Shown here: one piece after another, positions 19,143 through 30,299 of the stretch
Numbering within the stretch: position 1 is the first letter of the stretch
Layout of the letters: every line of letters begins with the position of its first letter
DNA from: an uncultured Actinomycetes bacterium
Lineage (GTDB): Bacteria; Actinomycetota; UBA4738; HRBIN12
Length of the DNA: 64,000 nucleotides
NCBI GenBank assembly: GCA_963699635.1
Contig: CAVOUQ010000018.1
Location: forward strand, 192,579-256,578
Reading direction: 5' to 3'
Notes under the pieces: model-generated
Seen by the model: the letters and a program-made list of their open reading frames with translations, nothing else
Database searches by the model: none
What the model was told of the DNA's origin: nothing
Made by a program: the position numbers and the translations under genes

Positions 19143-20126
19143 ATGAGCTTTCCCTCGCAGCGACCGCGTCGCATGCGACGAACCCCCGCGCTCCGCGCGC
19201 TCATCCGCGAGACCGAGCTTGCCCCGCGACACCTCATCGCCCCGCTCTTCGTGAAGGAGGGCATCGCCGAGCCCGCGCCGATCGAGTCGATGCCCGGTCA
19301 GTCGCAGCACACGCTCGAGTCGCTGCGCAAGGAGGCCGTCGAGATCGCGAGCAAGGGGATCCTCGCGTTCGCGATCTTCGGCGTCCCGGAGCGCAAGGAC
19401 TCCGAGGGCTCGGAGGCGTGGAACCCGGACGGGATCGCCCAGAAGGCGCTGCGGATCCTGCGCGAGGAGCTCGGCGACGAGCAGGTGCTCATCGCCGACC
19501 TCTGCCTCGACGAGTACACCGATCACGGCCACTGCGGCGTGCTCGACGACGAGGGCAACGTGGACAACGACGCGACGCTCGAGCGGTATCGGCGGATCGC
19601 GCTCGCGCAGGCCGAGGCCGGCGCCCATCTCGTCGGGCCGAGCGGGATGATGGACGGTCAGGTCGCCGCCATCCGCGATGCGCTCGACGAGGGCGGGTTC
19701 GAGCGCGTGGGGATCCTCGCGTACGCGGCGAAGTTCGCGTCCTCCTTCTACGGCCCGTTCCGCGAGGCGGCCGAGTGCGCGCCGCGGTTCGGCGATCGGA
19801 CCGGCTACCAGATGGACCCGCCGAACGCCGACGAGGCGATCCGCGAGATCGTCGCCGACATCGAGGAGGGCGCCGACGTCGTGATGGTCAAGCCCGCCCT
19901 GCCGTACCTCGACGTGATTCGCCGGGCGAAGGATCAGACGCGATTCCCGATGGCCGCCTACAACGTCTCCGGCGAGTACGCGATGCTGAAGGCCGCGGCG
20001 AACAACGGCTGGCTCGACGAGCGCAAGGCGGTGCTCGAGGTCCTCACGTCGATCCGCCGCGCCGGCGCCGATCTGGTCCTCACGTACCACGCGAAGGACG
20101 CGGCCGACTGGCTCGCCGGCGCCTGA
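19143..20126 (+). CDS. hemB: Porphobilinogen synthase
   Basis: RPRRMRR, DLCLDEYTDHGHCG, SSFYGPFREA, MVKPA, AYNVSGEY. Confidence 0.98.
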   Translation: MSFPSQRPRRMRRTPALRALIRETELAPRHLIAPLFVKEGIAEPAPIESMPGQSQHTLESLRKEAVEIASKGILAFAIFGVPERKDSEGSEAWNPDGIAQKALRILREELGDEQVLIADLCLDEYTDHGHCGVLDDEGNVDNDATLERYRRIALAQAEAGAHLVGPSGMMDGQVAAIRDALDEGGFERVGILAYAAKFASSFYGPFREAAECAPRFGDRTGYQMDPPNADEAIREIVADIEEGADVVMVKPALPYLDVIRRAKDQTRFPMAAYNVSGEYAMLKAAANNGWLDERKAVLEVLTSIRRAGADLVLTYHAKDAADWLAGA

Positions 20127-20134
20127 AGCAACCG

Positions 20135-20878
20135 GTGACGAGGTCCGACGAGTACCGTCACGAGCTCCGAACCCTTCGCGAGTGGGAGCCGTTCCTGCTC
20201 GAGCATTCCGGGCTCCCGGGACCGCGCGGGAACATCGAGCTCGGCCAGGCGGTGGCCGACGTCGGCACACGAAAGCAGTTCGAGCGGTTCCTGACCTGGA
20301 CGCCGGACCGCGCGCCGGTCGGATCCCGCGAGGAGTTCCTCGCCTTCTGTGGGGCGGTGGGCCTCGGCAGGCTGGCCGCAGAGGGCGACCGGGACGTCCT
20401 CGTCACGCTCCGAGCGCTGGCGTCGGACCCGAGGTGGCGGGTGCGAGAGGCGGTGGCGATGGCGCTCCAACGACTCGGCGCGGTCGACATGCGCGCGCTG
20501 ATCCAGGAGTGTCGTCGCTGGTCGCGAGGTAACGACTACGAGCGACGGGCGGCCGCGGCCGCGCTCTGCGAGCCGGCGCTCCTGCACGACGAGCGGGACG
20601 TGATCGACGTTCTGAAGATCCTCGACCGGATCACCGATGCGTTGGCCCGCGCCCGCGATCGACGCAGCGACGGGTTCCAGGCGCTCCGAAAGGGGCTCGC
20701 CTACTGCTGGAGCGTGGCCGTCGCGGCCGCCCCCGAGGCCGGTCGCCCGTTCATGGAGCGGTGGATGAGGAGCGACGACCCGGACGTCCGTTGGGTCATG
20801 AAGCAGAACCTCGCGAAGAAGCGACTCGCAGCCGCCGGCGCCGACTGGGTGCTCGCCTGGAGGGCGGAGCTGGCCTGA
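20135..20878 (+). CDS. HEAT-repeat protein
   Basis: SGLPGPRGNIELG, ASDPRWRVREAVAMALQ, DPDVRWVMKQNLAKKRL. Confidence 0.65.
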   Translation: MTRSDEYRHELRTLREWEPFLLEHSGLPGPRGNIELGQAVADVGTRKQFERFLTWTPDRAPVGSREEFLAFCGAVGLGRLAAEGDRDVLVTLRALASDPRWRVREAVAMALQRLGAVDMRALIQECRRWSRGNDYERRAAAAALCEPALLHDERDVIDVLKILDRITDALARARDRRSDGFQALRKGLAYCWSVAVAAAPEAGRPFMERWMRSDDPDVRWVMKQNLAKKRLAAAGADWVLAWRAELA

Positions 20879-20913
20879 CGAGTGGGCCTTCATGTGTGCT
20901 ATCTTGTGGGCCG

Positions 20914-21153
20914 ATGCGAGTGCACATCAACCTCGACGAGGAGCTCGTGCGGGAGCTCGATCAACTCGTGGGACCGCGAGGCCGCAGTCCGTTCATCGCA
21001 GACGCGCTGCGCAAAGCTGTCGATCAGGAGCGCCGCTGGCGACTCATTCGCTCGGCGATCGGGTCGATCTCGGACGAAGGCCATCCTTGGGACCCGGACG
21101 TCGCCCGCTGGGTTCACGAGTCCCGGCGGGAGGACCCGCGTCGCGTCGGCTGA
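20914..21153 (+). CDS. vapB: VapB-like antitoxin (ribbon-helix-helix)
   Basis: MRVHINLDEELVRELDQLVG..RSPFI; stop overlaps PIN gene start (TGATG). Confidence 0.8.
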   Translation: MRVHINLDEELVRELDQLVGPRGRSPFIADALRKAVDQERRWRLIRSAIGSISDEGHPWDPDVARWVHESRREDPRRVG

Positions 21154-21548
21154 TGGCGGCGGTGCTCCTCGATTCGAGCGTCGTCATCGACCTCCTGAAG
21201 GGGGTCCGGGAGACGTCGGCTCGCTTCCTTGCGCTTGCGCCCGCCGGGGACGTCCCATACGTGTGCGCCATCACCGTCGAGGAGGTCAGCTCCTTCCTCC
21301 GACCGGGCGAACGGGACGCCGCCGGCGCGATGTTCGAAGGACTCTCGGTCGCGCCCCTGGGCATCGCGGAGGGGCGACTCGCCGGCTGGTGGCGGCGAAG
21401 CTATCGCGAAAAGGGTCGAACCCTCTCCCAGGCGGACGTTCTGATCGCCGCGGCCGCCATCGGCATCGGGGCGCGACTTGCCACCGGGAACCCGAAGGAC
21501 TTCCCGATGAGGGGTCTCGCGGTGGAGCACTGGCCCGTCGGCGAGTAG
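21153..21548 (+). CDS. vapC: VapC PIN-domain toxin
   Basis: LLDSSVVID, TVEE, ADVLIAAAA, LATGNPKDF. Confidence 0.9.
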   Translation: MAAVLLDSSVVIDLLKGVRETSARFLALAPAGDVPYVCAITVEEVSSFLRPGERDAAGAMFEGLSVAPLGIAEGRLAGWWRRSYREKGRTLSQADVLIAAAAIGIGARLATGNPKDFPMRGLAVEHWPVGE

Positions 21549-21571
21549 CCGGCCGCCAGTAGCATCCCGCC

Positions 21572-22847
21572 GTGACGCCGATCCGACGAGCTCTTCGAAC
21601 GCGCTCGGCGCGCGATCCCCGGTGGCGTGAACTCACCCGTGCGGGCGTTCGGCGCCGTCGGCGGAACGCCGCGGTTCGCCGTCCGGGGCGAGGGCGCGTA
21701 TCTGATCGACGCCGACGGCAACCGATACGTCGACCTCGTCCAGTCCTGGGGCGCGCTGCTGTTCGGTCACGCCCGTCGCGAGATCGTCGAGGCCGCGATC
21801 GCCGCGGCGGCGAACGGGACGTCGTTCGGCGCACCGACCGAGCTCGAGGTCGAGCTGGCCGAGCGCATCACGGCCGCGATGCCCGCCGTCGAGATGGTCC
21901 GGCTCGTCTCCTCGGGCACCGAGGCGGCGATGAGCGCGATCCGGCTGGCACGAGGCTTCACCGGCCGGGATCTCGTCCTCAAGTTCGACGGCGGCTACCA
22001 CGGGCACTCGGACGCCCTTCTCGCCAAGGGCGCCGGCTCGGGCGTCGCGACGCTCGGGATCCCGGGGTCGCCGGGCGTGACCGAAGGAGCAGCACGCGAC
22101 ACGCTCACCGTGTCGTTCAACGACCTCGAGGCGGTCCGCGCGACGTTCGCGGAGCGCGGCGACCAGATCGCCGCCGTCATCGTCGAGCCGGTCGCCGCGA
22201 ACATGGGCGTCGTCCCGCCCGAGCCCGGGTTCTTGGCCGGTCTTCGAGAGCTCTGCTCGGCCCACGGAGCGCTCCTCGTGTTCGACGAGGTGATCACGGG
22301 CTTTCGGATCGCGCTCGGCGGGGCGCAGGCGGTCTACGCGGTCGCGCCCGACCTCACCCTGCTCGGCAAGGTGATGGGCGGCGGCTTCCCATGCGCGGCG
22401 TTCGGCGGGCGTCGCGAGGTGATGGAGCGCCTTGCGCCGGTCGGCCCCGTGTACCAGGCGGGCACCCTGAGCGGGAACCCCGTCGCCGTGGCGGCCGGCA
22501 TCGCTGCGATCGACCTCGCGCACGAGCTCGACCCCTATCCGGACCTCGCCGAAACCGCCGAGTCGATCGACGACGGGTTGGCGAAGGGGTTCGCTGACCG
22601 TGGGATCGCCGCGACGATCAACAGAGCGGGGTCGATGTTCGGCGTGTTCTTCGCCCAGGGTCCGGTCCGCGATTTCGCGGACTCGAAGGCGGCCGACCAC
22701 GAGCGCTACGCGAGGTTCTTTCACCACATGCTCGACCGCGGGGTGTACCTCCCACCGTCCGGCTACGAGCTCTGGTCCCTTTCCACGGAGCACCGCGACC
22801 CCGAGATCGAGCTGATCCTGGGTGCGGCCCGGTCGTTCGAGGGATGA
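21572..22847 (+). CDS. hemL: Glutamate-1-semialdehyde 2,1-aminomutase (frameshift near 21580)
   Basis: PGGVNSPVRAF, SSGTEA, FDEVITGFR, GKVMGGG, YQAGTLSGNP. Confidence 0.97.
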
Positions 22848-22903
22848 GCGCGTAACGTTGCAGAAGTTCGGCGGACCAGACGACTGAACCCACCGAAGGA
22901 GGG

Positions 22904-23434
22904 ATGGCCAGCATGACCACCGAAACCGCGACGTTCGGGGCCGGGTGCTTCTGGGGTGTCGAGTACGTGTTCGAGCGGGTGCCGGGCGTGCTGCACACCG
23001 AGGTTGGCTACGCGGGCGGCCACACGGAGCGCCCGACCTACCGCGACGTGTGCTCGCACACCACCGGCCACGCCGAGGTCCTGAAGGTCGAGTTCGACCC
23101 GGAGGTCGTCGCCTTCGAGCAGCTGCTCGAGGTGTTCTGGGCGATGCACGACCCCACGCAGATGAACCGTCAGGGACCGGACGTCGGCGACCAGTATCGG
23201 AGCGCGATCTTCACGCACTCGGACGAGCAGCAGCTCGCCGCCGAGGCCTCGCGCGATCGCGCGCAGGTGCGGCTCGACCGCCCCATCGCCACGGAGATCG
23301 GTCCCGCGAGCGCGTTCTGGCCGGCCGAGGACTACCACCAGCGCTACTACGACAAGAACGGCCACACGCCGTACTGCCACGCGATCCCGTGGCAGACCCT
23401 GCAGGAGCTCGGCCTCGTCGCCGCGAAGGGCTAG
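22904..23434 (+). CDS. msrA: Peptide-methionine (S)-S-oxide reductase
   Basis: [26 protein letters not shown]. Confidence 0.97.
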   Translation: MASMTTETATFGAGCFWGVEYVFERVPGVLHTEVGYAGGHTERPTYRDVCSHTTGHAEVLKVEFDPEVVAFEQLLEVFWAMHDPTQMNRQGPDVGDQYRSAIFTHSDEQQLAAEASRDRAQVRLDRPIATEIGPASAFWPAEDYHQRYYDKNGHTPYCHAIPWQTLQELGLVAAKG

Positions 23435-23784
23435 GTTCGGGTCCGCACCACGCAGAACTCGTTGCCCTCGGGATCGGCGAGCACCACGAAGGGGTCGTCG
23501 GGGTCCTCCGAGATCCAGAGTCTCGTCGCACCGAGGGCCTCGATCCGTCGAGCCTCCGTCTCCTCGTCGGCGGCCGCGAGGTCGACGTGCACTCGGTTCT
23601 TCACGACCTTGCCCTCGGGCACCTTCTGAAACCCGAGCCGGATGCCTCGATCCCCCTCGCCGACGACGGAAGCCCAGTCCTCGAAGTCGCTGTGAACCTC
23701 GTAGCCGGTCGCCGCGGCCCAGAACCTCGCGAGCGAGTGGGGATCCCCGCAATCGATGACGACCCCGTGGAAGTGAACGCCCAC
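23431..23784 (-). CDS. VOC/glyoxalase family protein
   Basis: [32 protein letters not shown]. Confidence 0.9.
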   Translation of the reverse strand: MGVHFHGVVIDCGDPHSLARFWAAATGYEVHSDFEDWASVVGEGDRGIRLGFQKVPEGKVVKNRVHVDLAAADEETEARRIEALGATRLWISEDPDDPFVVLADPEGNEFCVVRTRT

Positions 23785-23786
23785 GA

Positions 23787-24122
23787 TCAGAGGACCGCGT
23801 CGGCCTTGGCGGCGAACACGAAATCGGCCTCGTGCAGGCCGCCGATCTTGTGCGTGAACACGGTGAGCTTCACGCGCCCCCACGAGAGCTCGATGTCGGG
23901 ATGATGCCCGACCCCCTCGGCGAGCTCGCCGACCCGGTTGGTGAACGCGAGCGCCTCGCGGAAGTTCTTGAAGGGGTACTCCTTCGCGAGGTGATGGTCC
24001 TCCGCGACCTCCCACCCGTTGCCGAGATCCGCCAGGTACGGCTCGATCTCCTCGTGCGTCAGCGGCGGGATGCCGCCCCGGCACGGGACGCACTCCATCG
24101 ACGCGAGATCGCGACCCATCAC
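23787..24122 (-). CDS. Pterin-4a-carbinolamine dehydratase
   Basis: CVPCRGG, AEGVGHHPDI, THKIGGLHEADF. Confidence 0.92.
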   Translation of the reverse strand: MMGRDLASMECVPCRGGIPPLTHEEIEPYLADLGNGWEVAEDHHLAKEYPFKNFREALAFTNRVGELAEGVGHHPDIELSWGRVKLTVFTHKIGGLHEADFVFAAKADAVL

Positions 24123-25171
24123 CGCCTCCCTTCATCGAGCCGAGCCCGCACCATGCGATCGGCCGCCGCGCGGGTCGAGATCCCCCCACCGTCCGCGAGC
24201 CGGAACACCTCGGAGAGGGTGTCGCCGATCCCCCACACACGTTCGTCGCGCTTCGCCTCGTCCTCCCCCAGCATCTCGAGCGACGCGAGGTGGATGATGC
24301 CCCCGGCGTTGATGACGTAGTCGGGCGCCCACACGATCTCTCGCTCCGCGAACCGTTCGGCGTCCTCGGGCTCGGCGAGCTGGTTGTTCGCCGCGCCGGC
24401 GACGACGCGACACTGCAGCTGCGGGATCGTGTCGGCCGACAGGATCCCGCCCGTCGCGCACGGCGAGAACACGTCGCACTCGGCCCCGATCGCCTCATCG
24501 GGCGCGATCGCCACCGCGCCGAGCTCGGACGCGAGCTCCTTCGCCCGCACCTCGTCGACGTCGGTCAGGGTGAGCTCCACTCCCGCCTCGCGAAGCCGTC
24601 TGGCGAGCGGCCCGCCGACCGCGCCCACGCCCTGCACGAGCACGGTCCGCCCCGCGAGGTCTTCGGAGCCGAACGCGTGAGCGACGCTCGCGACGATGCC
24701 GACGAAGACGCCGTCGGCCGTCGCGGGCGCCGAGGTGCCCGAACCGCCTTGGGCCTCGGTGCGCGCGAACACCGACGAGCACCGCTCCGCGACGACGTCC
24801 ATGTCGGCGGGGACGGTGTTCATGTCGCAGGCCGTCCAGTACGTGCCGTGGAGCGACTCGACGAGGTCCCCGTAGCGGAGCAGCAGCTCTCGGCGCGACG
24901 CTCCCGTGGGGATCTCGGGGACGGCGAGGACGCCCTTGCCACCGCCGAGGGGCAGGCCGGCGACCGCGTTCTTGCTCGTCATGGCGGACCCCAGACGCAG
25001 GCCGTCGCGGAGCGCGTCGTCGGCCGACGGATAGGTCTTCAGCCGTGTGCCGCCGGCCGCCGGCCCGAGCACGGTCGAGTGCACGCACACGAACATCCAC
25101 GCGCCGGTGTGGGCGTCGAAGCGGACCGCGACCTCCTCGCCGTCCCAGGCGCGGAGCTGGTCTTCGAACAC
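24119..25171 (-). CDS. Glu/Leu/Phe/Val dehydrogenase family (Leu/Phe-DH-like)
   Basis: HSTVLGPAAGGTR, MTSKNA, GGGK, VQGVGAVG, GAANNQL, PDYVINAGG. Confidence 0.92.
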   Translation of the reverse strand: MFEDQLRAWDGEEVAVRFDAHTGAWMFVCVHSTVLGPAAGGTRLKTYPSADDALRDGLRLGSAMTSKNAVAGLPLGGGKGVLAVPEIPTGASRRELLLRYGDLVESLHGTYWTACDMNTVPADMDVVAERCSSVFARTEAQGGSGTSAPATADGVFVGIVASVAHAFGSEDLAGRTVLVQGVGAVGGPLARRLREAGVELTLTDVDEVRAKELASELGAVAIAPDEAIGAECDVFSPCATGGILSADTIPQLQCRVVAGAANNQLAEPEDAERFAEREIVWAPDYVINAGGIIHLASLEMLGEDEAKRDERVWGIGDTLSEVFRLADGGGISTRAAADRMVRARLDEGRR

Positions 25172-25173
25172 GG

Positions 25174-25305
25174 CTACTCGGAGAGCTTGGAGGCGGCCGC
25201 CGAGCTCGCTTGCTTCTTCGCCTTCTTGGACGCGCGCTTCTCCTTGATGGACTTCTGCGCCGTCTTCTTGCTGTGCTTCTCGCCCTTGTCCTTCGCGTGC
25301 GCCAC
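25174..25305 (-). CDS. 43-aa lysine-rich small protein (not in ORF track)
   Basis: GTG start with GGAGGT RBS; MAHAKDKGEKHSKKTAQKSIKEKRASKKAKKQASSAAASKLSE; nearly all codons end in G/C. Confidence 0.7.
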   Translation of the reverse strand: MAHAKDKGEKHSKKTAQKSIKEKRASKKAKKQASSAAASKLSE

Positions 25306-25383
25306 GGCGGACCTCCGTTCGCTCGATCGAGCCTCTAATTATGGCGCGCAGGCCCCAGGGGCGGCGCGCCTGGATGTGTCTCC

Positions 25384-25707
25384 CTATTCGGCGGCCAACG
25401 TGAGTGCGGCGGCCTCGAGGTTCAGGGAGTGCCATCGATTGATTCGGAAACCGTGCATGAAGCCCTGCACGAACGCGGTGTAGGTCTCGTTGATCATCCG
25501 CTGCGACTCCGCGGCGATCGTGCCGAACACCAGCGAGCTCTTACCGGAGCCCGAGACGCCGGTGAGCACCGTCAGCCGGCGCTTCGAGAGCTCGACGCTG
25601 ACGTCCTTGAGGTTGTTCACGCGCGCGCCGTGCACGCGGATCAGGTCGTGGCTGTCGGCAACGAGCCGTGCAGGCGACTTCTCGTCCGTCCTCGCGGCCA
25701 TGCTCAT
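25384..25707 (-). pseudogene. Truncated UvrA-like (DrrC-type) ATPase, N-terminus only
   Basis: [40 protein letters not shown]; similarity stops after ~85 aa. Confidence 0.85.
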
Positions 25708-25760
25708 CGTCTCCCGAGCGACGATCCCGCCTGGGCGTGGCCCGGTGGCGAGCTCAGCCC

Positions 25761-26253
25761 TCAGCTCACCGCTTTCTTCACGAGCGCGCCGATCGTCTTC
25801 TCTTCGGTGGCGGTCAACTCCTTCAGCGCGAAGGAGGTCGCCCACATGGCGCCTTCGTCGAGGTTCGCCGCGTCGTTGAAGCCGAACGACGCGTACCTCG
25901 CGTTGAACTTCTGCGCGCTTTGGAAGAAGCAGACGACCTTGCCGTCCTTGGCATACGCGGGCATCCCGTACCAGGTCTTCGGCCAAAGGTCTGGCGCGCT
26001 GGCGGTGACGATCGCATGGAGCCGCTTGGCCATGGCGCGATCCGGTTCCTTCATCGAGGCGATCGCCGCAAGCACGTCGCGTTCCCCGTCCGCCCTGTTC
26101 CTGTTCGCGCGCGCTTCCGCCTTCATCTCTTGGGCGCGAGCCTTCATCGCGGCCCGTTCCTCGGCCGTGAAGCCCTTGGACATTCTTGTTGCTCGCCGTG
26201 GTGCTCTTCGCGGACCTCTGCGTGCCCTTCTTTGCAGGTTTCCTCTCAGCCAT
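25761..26253 (-). CDS. DUF1801 (YdhG-like) protein, frameshift near 26185
   Basis: [37 protein letters not shown]. Confidence 0.8.
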
Positions 26254-26319
26254 TGCGAAGCACCTCCTTGCGTCGAACGAGTCCCAGCCGCTTGCCCTCC
26301 GGTGCGAGTGCCGGACGGC

Positions 26320-26736
26320 TCAGCGCAGCTCCTGGATGCGGATCAGGTTGCCCGCGGGATCGCGGAAGGCGCAGTCGCGGATCCCGTACGGTTGGTCGGT
26401 CGGCTCCTGGACGACGTCGGCGTCGCCGGCCTGCAACCGCTCGAAGGTCGTTGTCGAGGTCGGTCGTGGCCAGGTTGATGCTGGCGTAGGTTCCCTTGGC
26501 CATCATCTCGGCGATGGTGCGCCGCTCGTCGTCGGTGAGGCCGGGGGTTGCGGCCGGCGGATACAGGACGATCGAAGTGCCGGGCTGGTCGGGAGGGCCG
26601 ACCGTGATCCAGTGCATCCCGCCGTACTCGACGTCGCCCCGAACCTCGAAGCCGAGGGTGTCGCGATAGAAGGCCAAGGATGCGTCGGGGTCGTCGTGCG
26701 GGAGCATGGCCTGGTGGATGCTGATGTCCATGGCGG

Positions 26737-26740
<4 letters not shown>
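26320..26740 (-). CDS. VOC family protein (frameshift near 26450)
   Basis: [44 protein letters not shown]. Confidence 0.85.
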
Positions 26741-27186
<446 letters not shown>

Positions 27187-27288
27187 CTACGAGATCCTGC
27201 CACGTCGCGCCGGGGGTGCCCAGCGACGCTGGCGTCGCACCCACTCGGCGTCAGCTCTGGCCCGGTCTGCTCCGCTTACGTCCTCGGC

Positions 27289-27951
27289 CTAGGTCAGGTC
27301 GGCGAAGGCGGCTCGGACGTCCTTGCGAATCCCGGTCACGAAGGGGATCTCCTCCTTCGTGAAGCGCCGCGCTTGCGCCTCGCGGAGTCGGCGGATGCAG
27401 TCGACGATCCGGTCGAGCTCGTCGGCCTCGAAGGCGAGGATCCACTCCCAGTCGTTGATCCCGAACGCGCTCGTGGTGTTCGCCAGCACGTCGGGGAACT
27501 CGCGCCCGATCTCGCCGTGCTCGCGGAGCAGGGCGGATCGCTCCTCGCGCGGCAGCAGGTACCACTCGGGGGTGCGAACGAACGGGTAGATGCACGCGTA
27601 CCGCCTCGGCGCCTCGCCCTTCAGGAACGCCGGCGCGTGATCGGCGGTGAACTCCGCCGGCTTCACCACGCCCATGAACGCCCACGAGACCTCGAGCCGA
27701 CGGCCGGCCTCCGTGCGGCCGAAGGCGACGAGCGCGTCCTGCACGGCGTCGGGTGATGGCCCGATCAGCCAGAGCATGAGGTCGGTGTCGGCGCGGAAGC
27801 CGACCGTCGCATAGACGCCTCGAACGGTCACGAGCCCGTCCCATGCCTTGAAGAGGTGCTCGACCTCCTGAGCCGCCTCGTCGGCATCGAGCTCGCGAAA
27901 GGCCGGGGAGGCCTTGAAGCACGGGTACATGGCGTAGACCGTCTCGCTCAT
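27289..27951 (-). CDS. hemQ: Coproheme decarboxylase (ChdC/HemQ)
   Basis: PAEFTADH, YPFVRTPEWYLLP, EHG, ANTTSAFG..DWEW..FE; last gene of hemE-H-G run. Confidence 0.9.
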   Translation of the reverse strand: MSETVYAMYPCFKASPAFRELDADEAAQEVEHLFKAWDGLVTVRGVYATVGFRADTDLMLWLIGPSPDAVQDALVAFGRTEAGRRLEVSWAFMGVVKPAEFTADHAPAFLKGEAPRRYACIYPFVRTPEWYLLPREERSALLREHGEIGREFPDVLANTTSAFGINDWEWILAFEADELDRIVDCIRRLREAQARRFTKEEIPFVTGIRKDVRAAFADLT

Positions 27952-29331
27952 CGCGCCTGCTCCGTTCGCTCGGAGATCCCCGCCGCGAGGTGGGTGACCC
28001 GCTCCGCGGTCTCGGCCGCGCCGCGCACGGTGTCGGCGACCCCGACGCCCCGGTACGCGTTGCCGACCACGAAGATACCGGGCGGGAGCAACGCCTCGAT
28101 CTCGGCGACCCGATCGAGGTGGCCGAGATCGTACTGGGGCATCGACCGCGGCCACCGGATGACGGCCGACGCGGCGGCCCGTTCCGGCAGCGGCAGGGCC
28201 GCCGCGAGGTGACGGCACACCGCCTCGACGATGTCCGCGTCGGGGGCGTGGAGCACGTCCTCCGAACCCGCGGCGCCCACGAAGCAGCGCAGGACGGCTC
28301 GGGAGCCGAAGGCCGGGTGGGGCCACTTGCGGGAGAGGAACGTGGCGGCCGTCATCGGCGCCTTCCCGCTCGGGACGACGAAGCCGGTCGTCTTCGGGAG
28401 CGCGTCGGCCGTGCCGTCGGGGTACACGAGCAAGCACGACCCCGGTCGAGACGTACGGGATCTCGGCCAGCCCTCTCGCGGCCGGTGGCGCCGCCTGCGC
28501 CAGGAGCTCGGCCGAGACGAAAGCGGGCGTCGCGAGGACGACCGCCGACGCGGTCGGTCCGTCGTCGCCGGCGCGAACCACCCATCCATCCCCCTCCGGC
28601 TCGACGAGGGTCGCGGCGGTCGACGTTCGGACACGCTCGGCTCCGATCCCCTCCACGAGGGCGTCGACCAGGCGCGACATGCCGGCGCATGGTCGCAGGA
28701 AGAGTGGTCCCGCGTTCCGGCCGGCCTCGAGCGCCGCCTTCGCCCCGCGGATCAGGCTTCCGAAGTCGCGCTCCCACCCCGCGAGCTCGGGGAAGGTCGC
28801 CCGAACGCCGAGCCGGTCCGCGTCGCCGGCGAACAGGCCGGCAAGCAGCGGCGCGACGAGCAGCTCGGTCGCCTCGTCGCCGAGCCGGCGCCGCAGCAGC
28901 GCGCCGAGCGCCTCGTCCCCCTCCTCCCCGCGAGCTCTACGGACGAGGTCCGTGAGCGCGCGAGCGCGGCCGGCGCGGGACAGCCCCGGCCAGCGCCCGA
29001 GCGCCTCGACGTCGGCAGGCACGCCCAGAGCCGTCGGCGGCATCGGCACGAGCCCACGATCGGTCCAGACCTCGGCGCCGGTCGCGGCGGGCTCGGCCAG
29101 AGCCAGGCCCAGATCCCGGCAGAGCGCCGCCGCCCAGGGCTTTCGCGCGACGAAGGAGTCCGGCCCCGCCTCGAGCTCGAGATCCCCGACCGCGATCGAA
29201 CGGAGGCGTCCGCCCGGACGCTCGTCCGCCTCCAGGACCGTCACGTCCAGCGACGGGTCGTCGCGAAGCAGGTGGTAGGCGGTCGCGAGGCCCGCAACCC
29301 CGCCGCCGACGACGACGACGCGGCCGCTCAT
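27948..29331 (-). CDS. hemG: Copro-/protoporphyrinogen oxidase (HemY-type), frameshift near 28430
   Basis: VVGGGVAGL, EAGPDSF, RWPRSMPQY..GH, AYRGVGV. Confidence 0.92.
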
Positions 29332-30299
29332 GCCGGGGCGGACGCCAGGTGCTCCCGAACGACCGTCGCGAGCAGCTCGACGAACGCGGGGTCGGCGTTC
29401 GGCATCGTCGTCCGGACGAGTCGGATCCCGGCCTTGTCCGCGATCGCCCGCGCCTCGACGTCGAGGTCGTACAGGATCTCGAGGTGCTCGGCGACGAACC
29501 CCGCCGAGCACACGACGACGGCCGGGTGCCCGTCCTCGGCGAGCTCGACGATCACCTCCTCGATCGGGGGTCCCCACCACGGGTCGGCGGTGCGCCCGGC
29601 GCTCTGCCAGGCGATCGCGTGGTGCGCCAGGTCGAGCTCGCGCGCGACCAGATCGGCCGTCTCCTGAAGACCGTCCCGGTAGCGACACGAGTCCTCGCAC
29701 ATCGCGCAATGCTTGCACCGCAGCGATCCGTCTTCGAGCGTTCGCACGGGGAGGCTGTGCGCCGAGAAGATGACCGCGGCCTTCTCGCGCTCGGCGGGCC
29801 CGAGGAGGCCGAGGGCGTGCGCGACGCGGCCCGCGAGCAGCTCCACGAACGCCGGGTGGTCGTGGTAGCTCCGCACGAACGTGAAGGCCGGCGGGCCGTC
29901 GCCGACCGCCTCGAGAACGCGCTCGGCGTAGGTCTCGACGGACATCCCCGACCAGTGCGGCGCCATCACGATGCCGACCGCGCGCTCGATCCCGTCCTCG
30001 CGCATCCGGCGTACCGCCTCGGAGATGGACGGCGGCGAGTGCTTCATCCCGAGGTACGCGCGGAACGCCTCCTCCCCCGCCGCGTTCAGCGACCGCTCGA
30101 GCCCCTCGGCCTGCTCGCGCGTGATGACCAGGAGCGGGAACCGGTTGCCGATCGCCGCGTACCGTCCCTTCAGCTCCTCGAGGTGCTCGGGCGTCGGCGG
30201 CCTGCCGCCGCGGATGTCGGTGTAGTAGCGCTCGACGTCCTCGGGACCGCTCGCCGTCCCGTACGCCATGACGAGCACGCCGATCGTCGAGTCGGTCAC
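29328..30299 (-). CDS. hemH: Coproporphyrin ferrochelatase with Cys-rich insertion
   Basis: LVMAYGT, FSAHSLP, WQSAG, GFVAEHLEILYDLD. Confidence 0.95.
   Translation of the reverse strand: MTDSTIGVLVMAYGTASGPEDVERYYTDIRGGRPPTPEHLEELKGRYAAIGNRFPLLVITREQAEGLERSLNAAGEEAFRAYLGMKHSPPSISEAVRRMREDGIERAVGIVMAPHWSGMSVETYAERVLEAVGDGPPAFTFVRSYHDHPAFVELLAGRVAHALGLLGPAEREKAAVIFSAHSLPVRTLEDGSLRCKHCAMCEDSCRYRDGLQETADLVARELDLAHHAIAWQSAGRTADPWWGPPIEEVIVELAEDGHPAVVVCSAGFVAEHLEILYDLDVEARAIADKAGIRLVRTTMPNADPAFVELLATVVREHLASAPA

Noticed and set aside
27289-29718. Apparent 809-aa HemG-HemQ fusion in the ORF track
   Set aside because: Caused by the hemG frameshift near 28430; the real hemG C-terminus is in another frame and stops at 27948, overlapping the hemQ ATG
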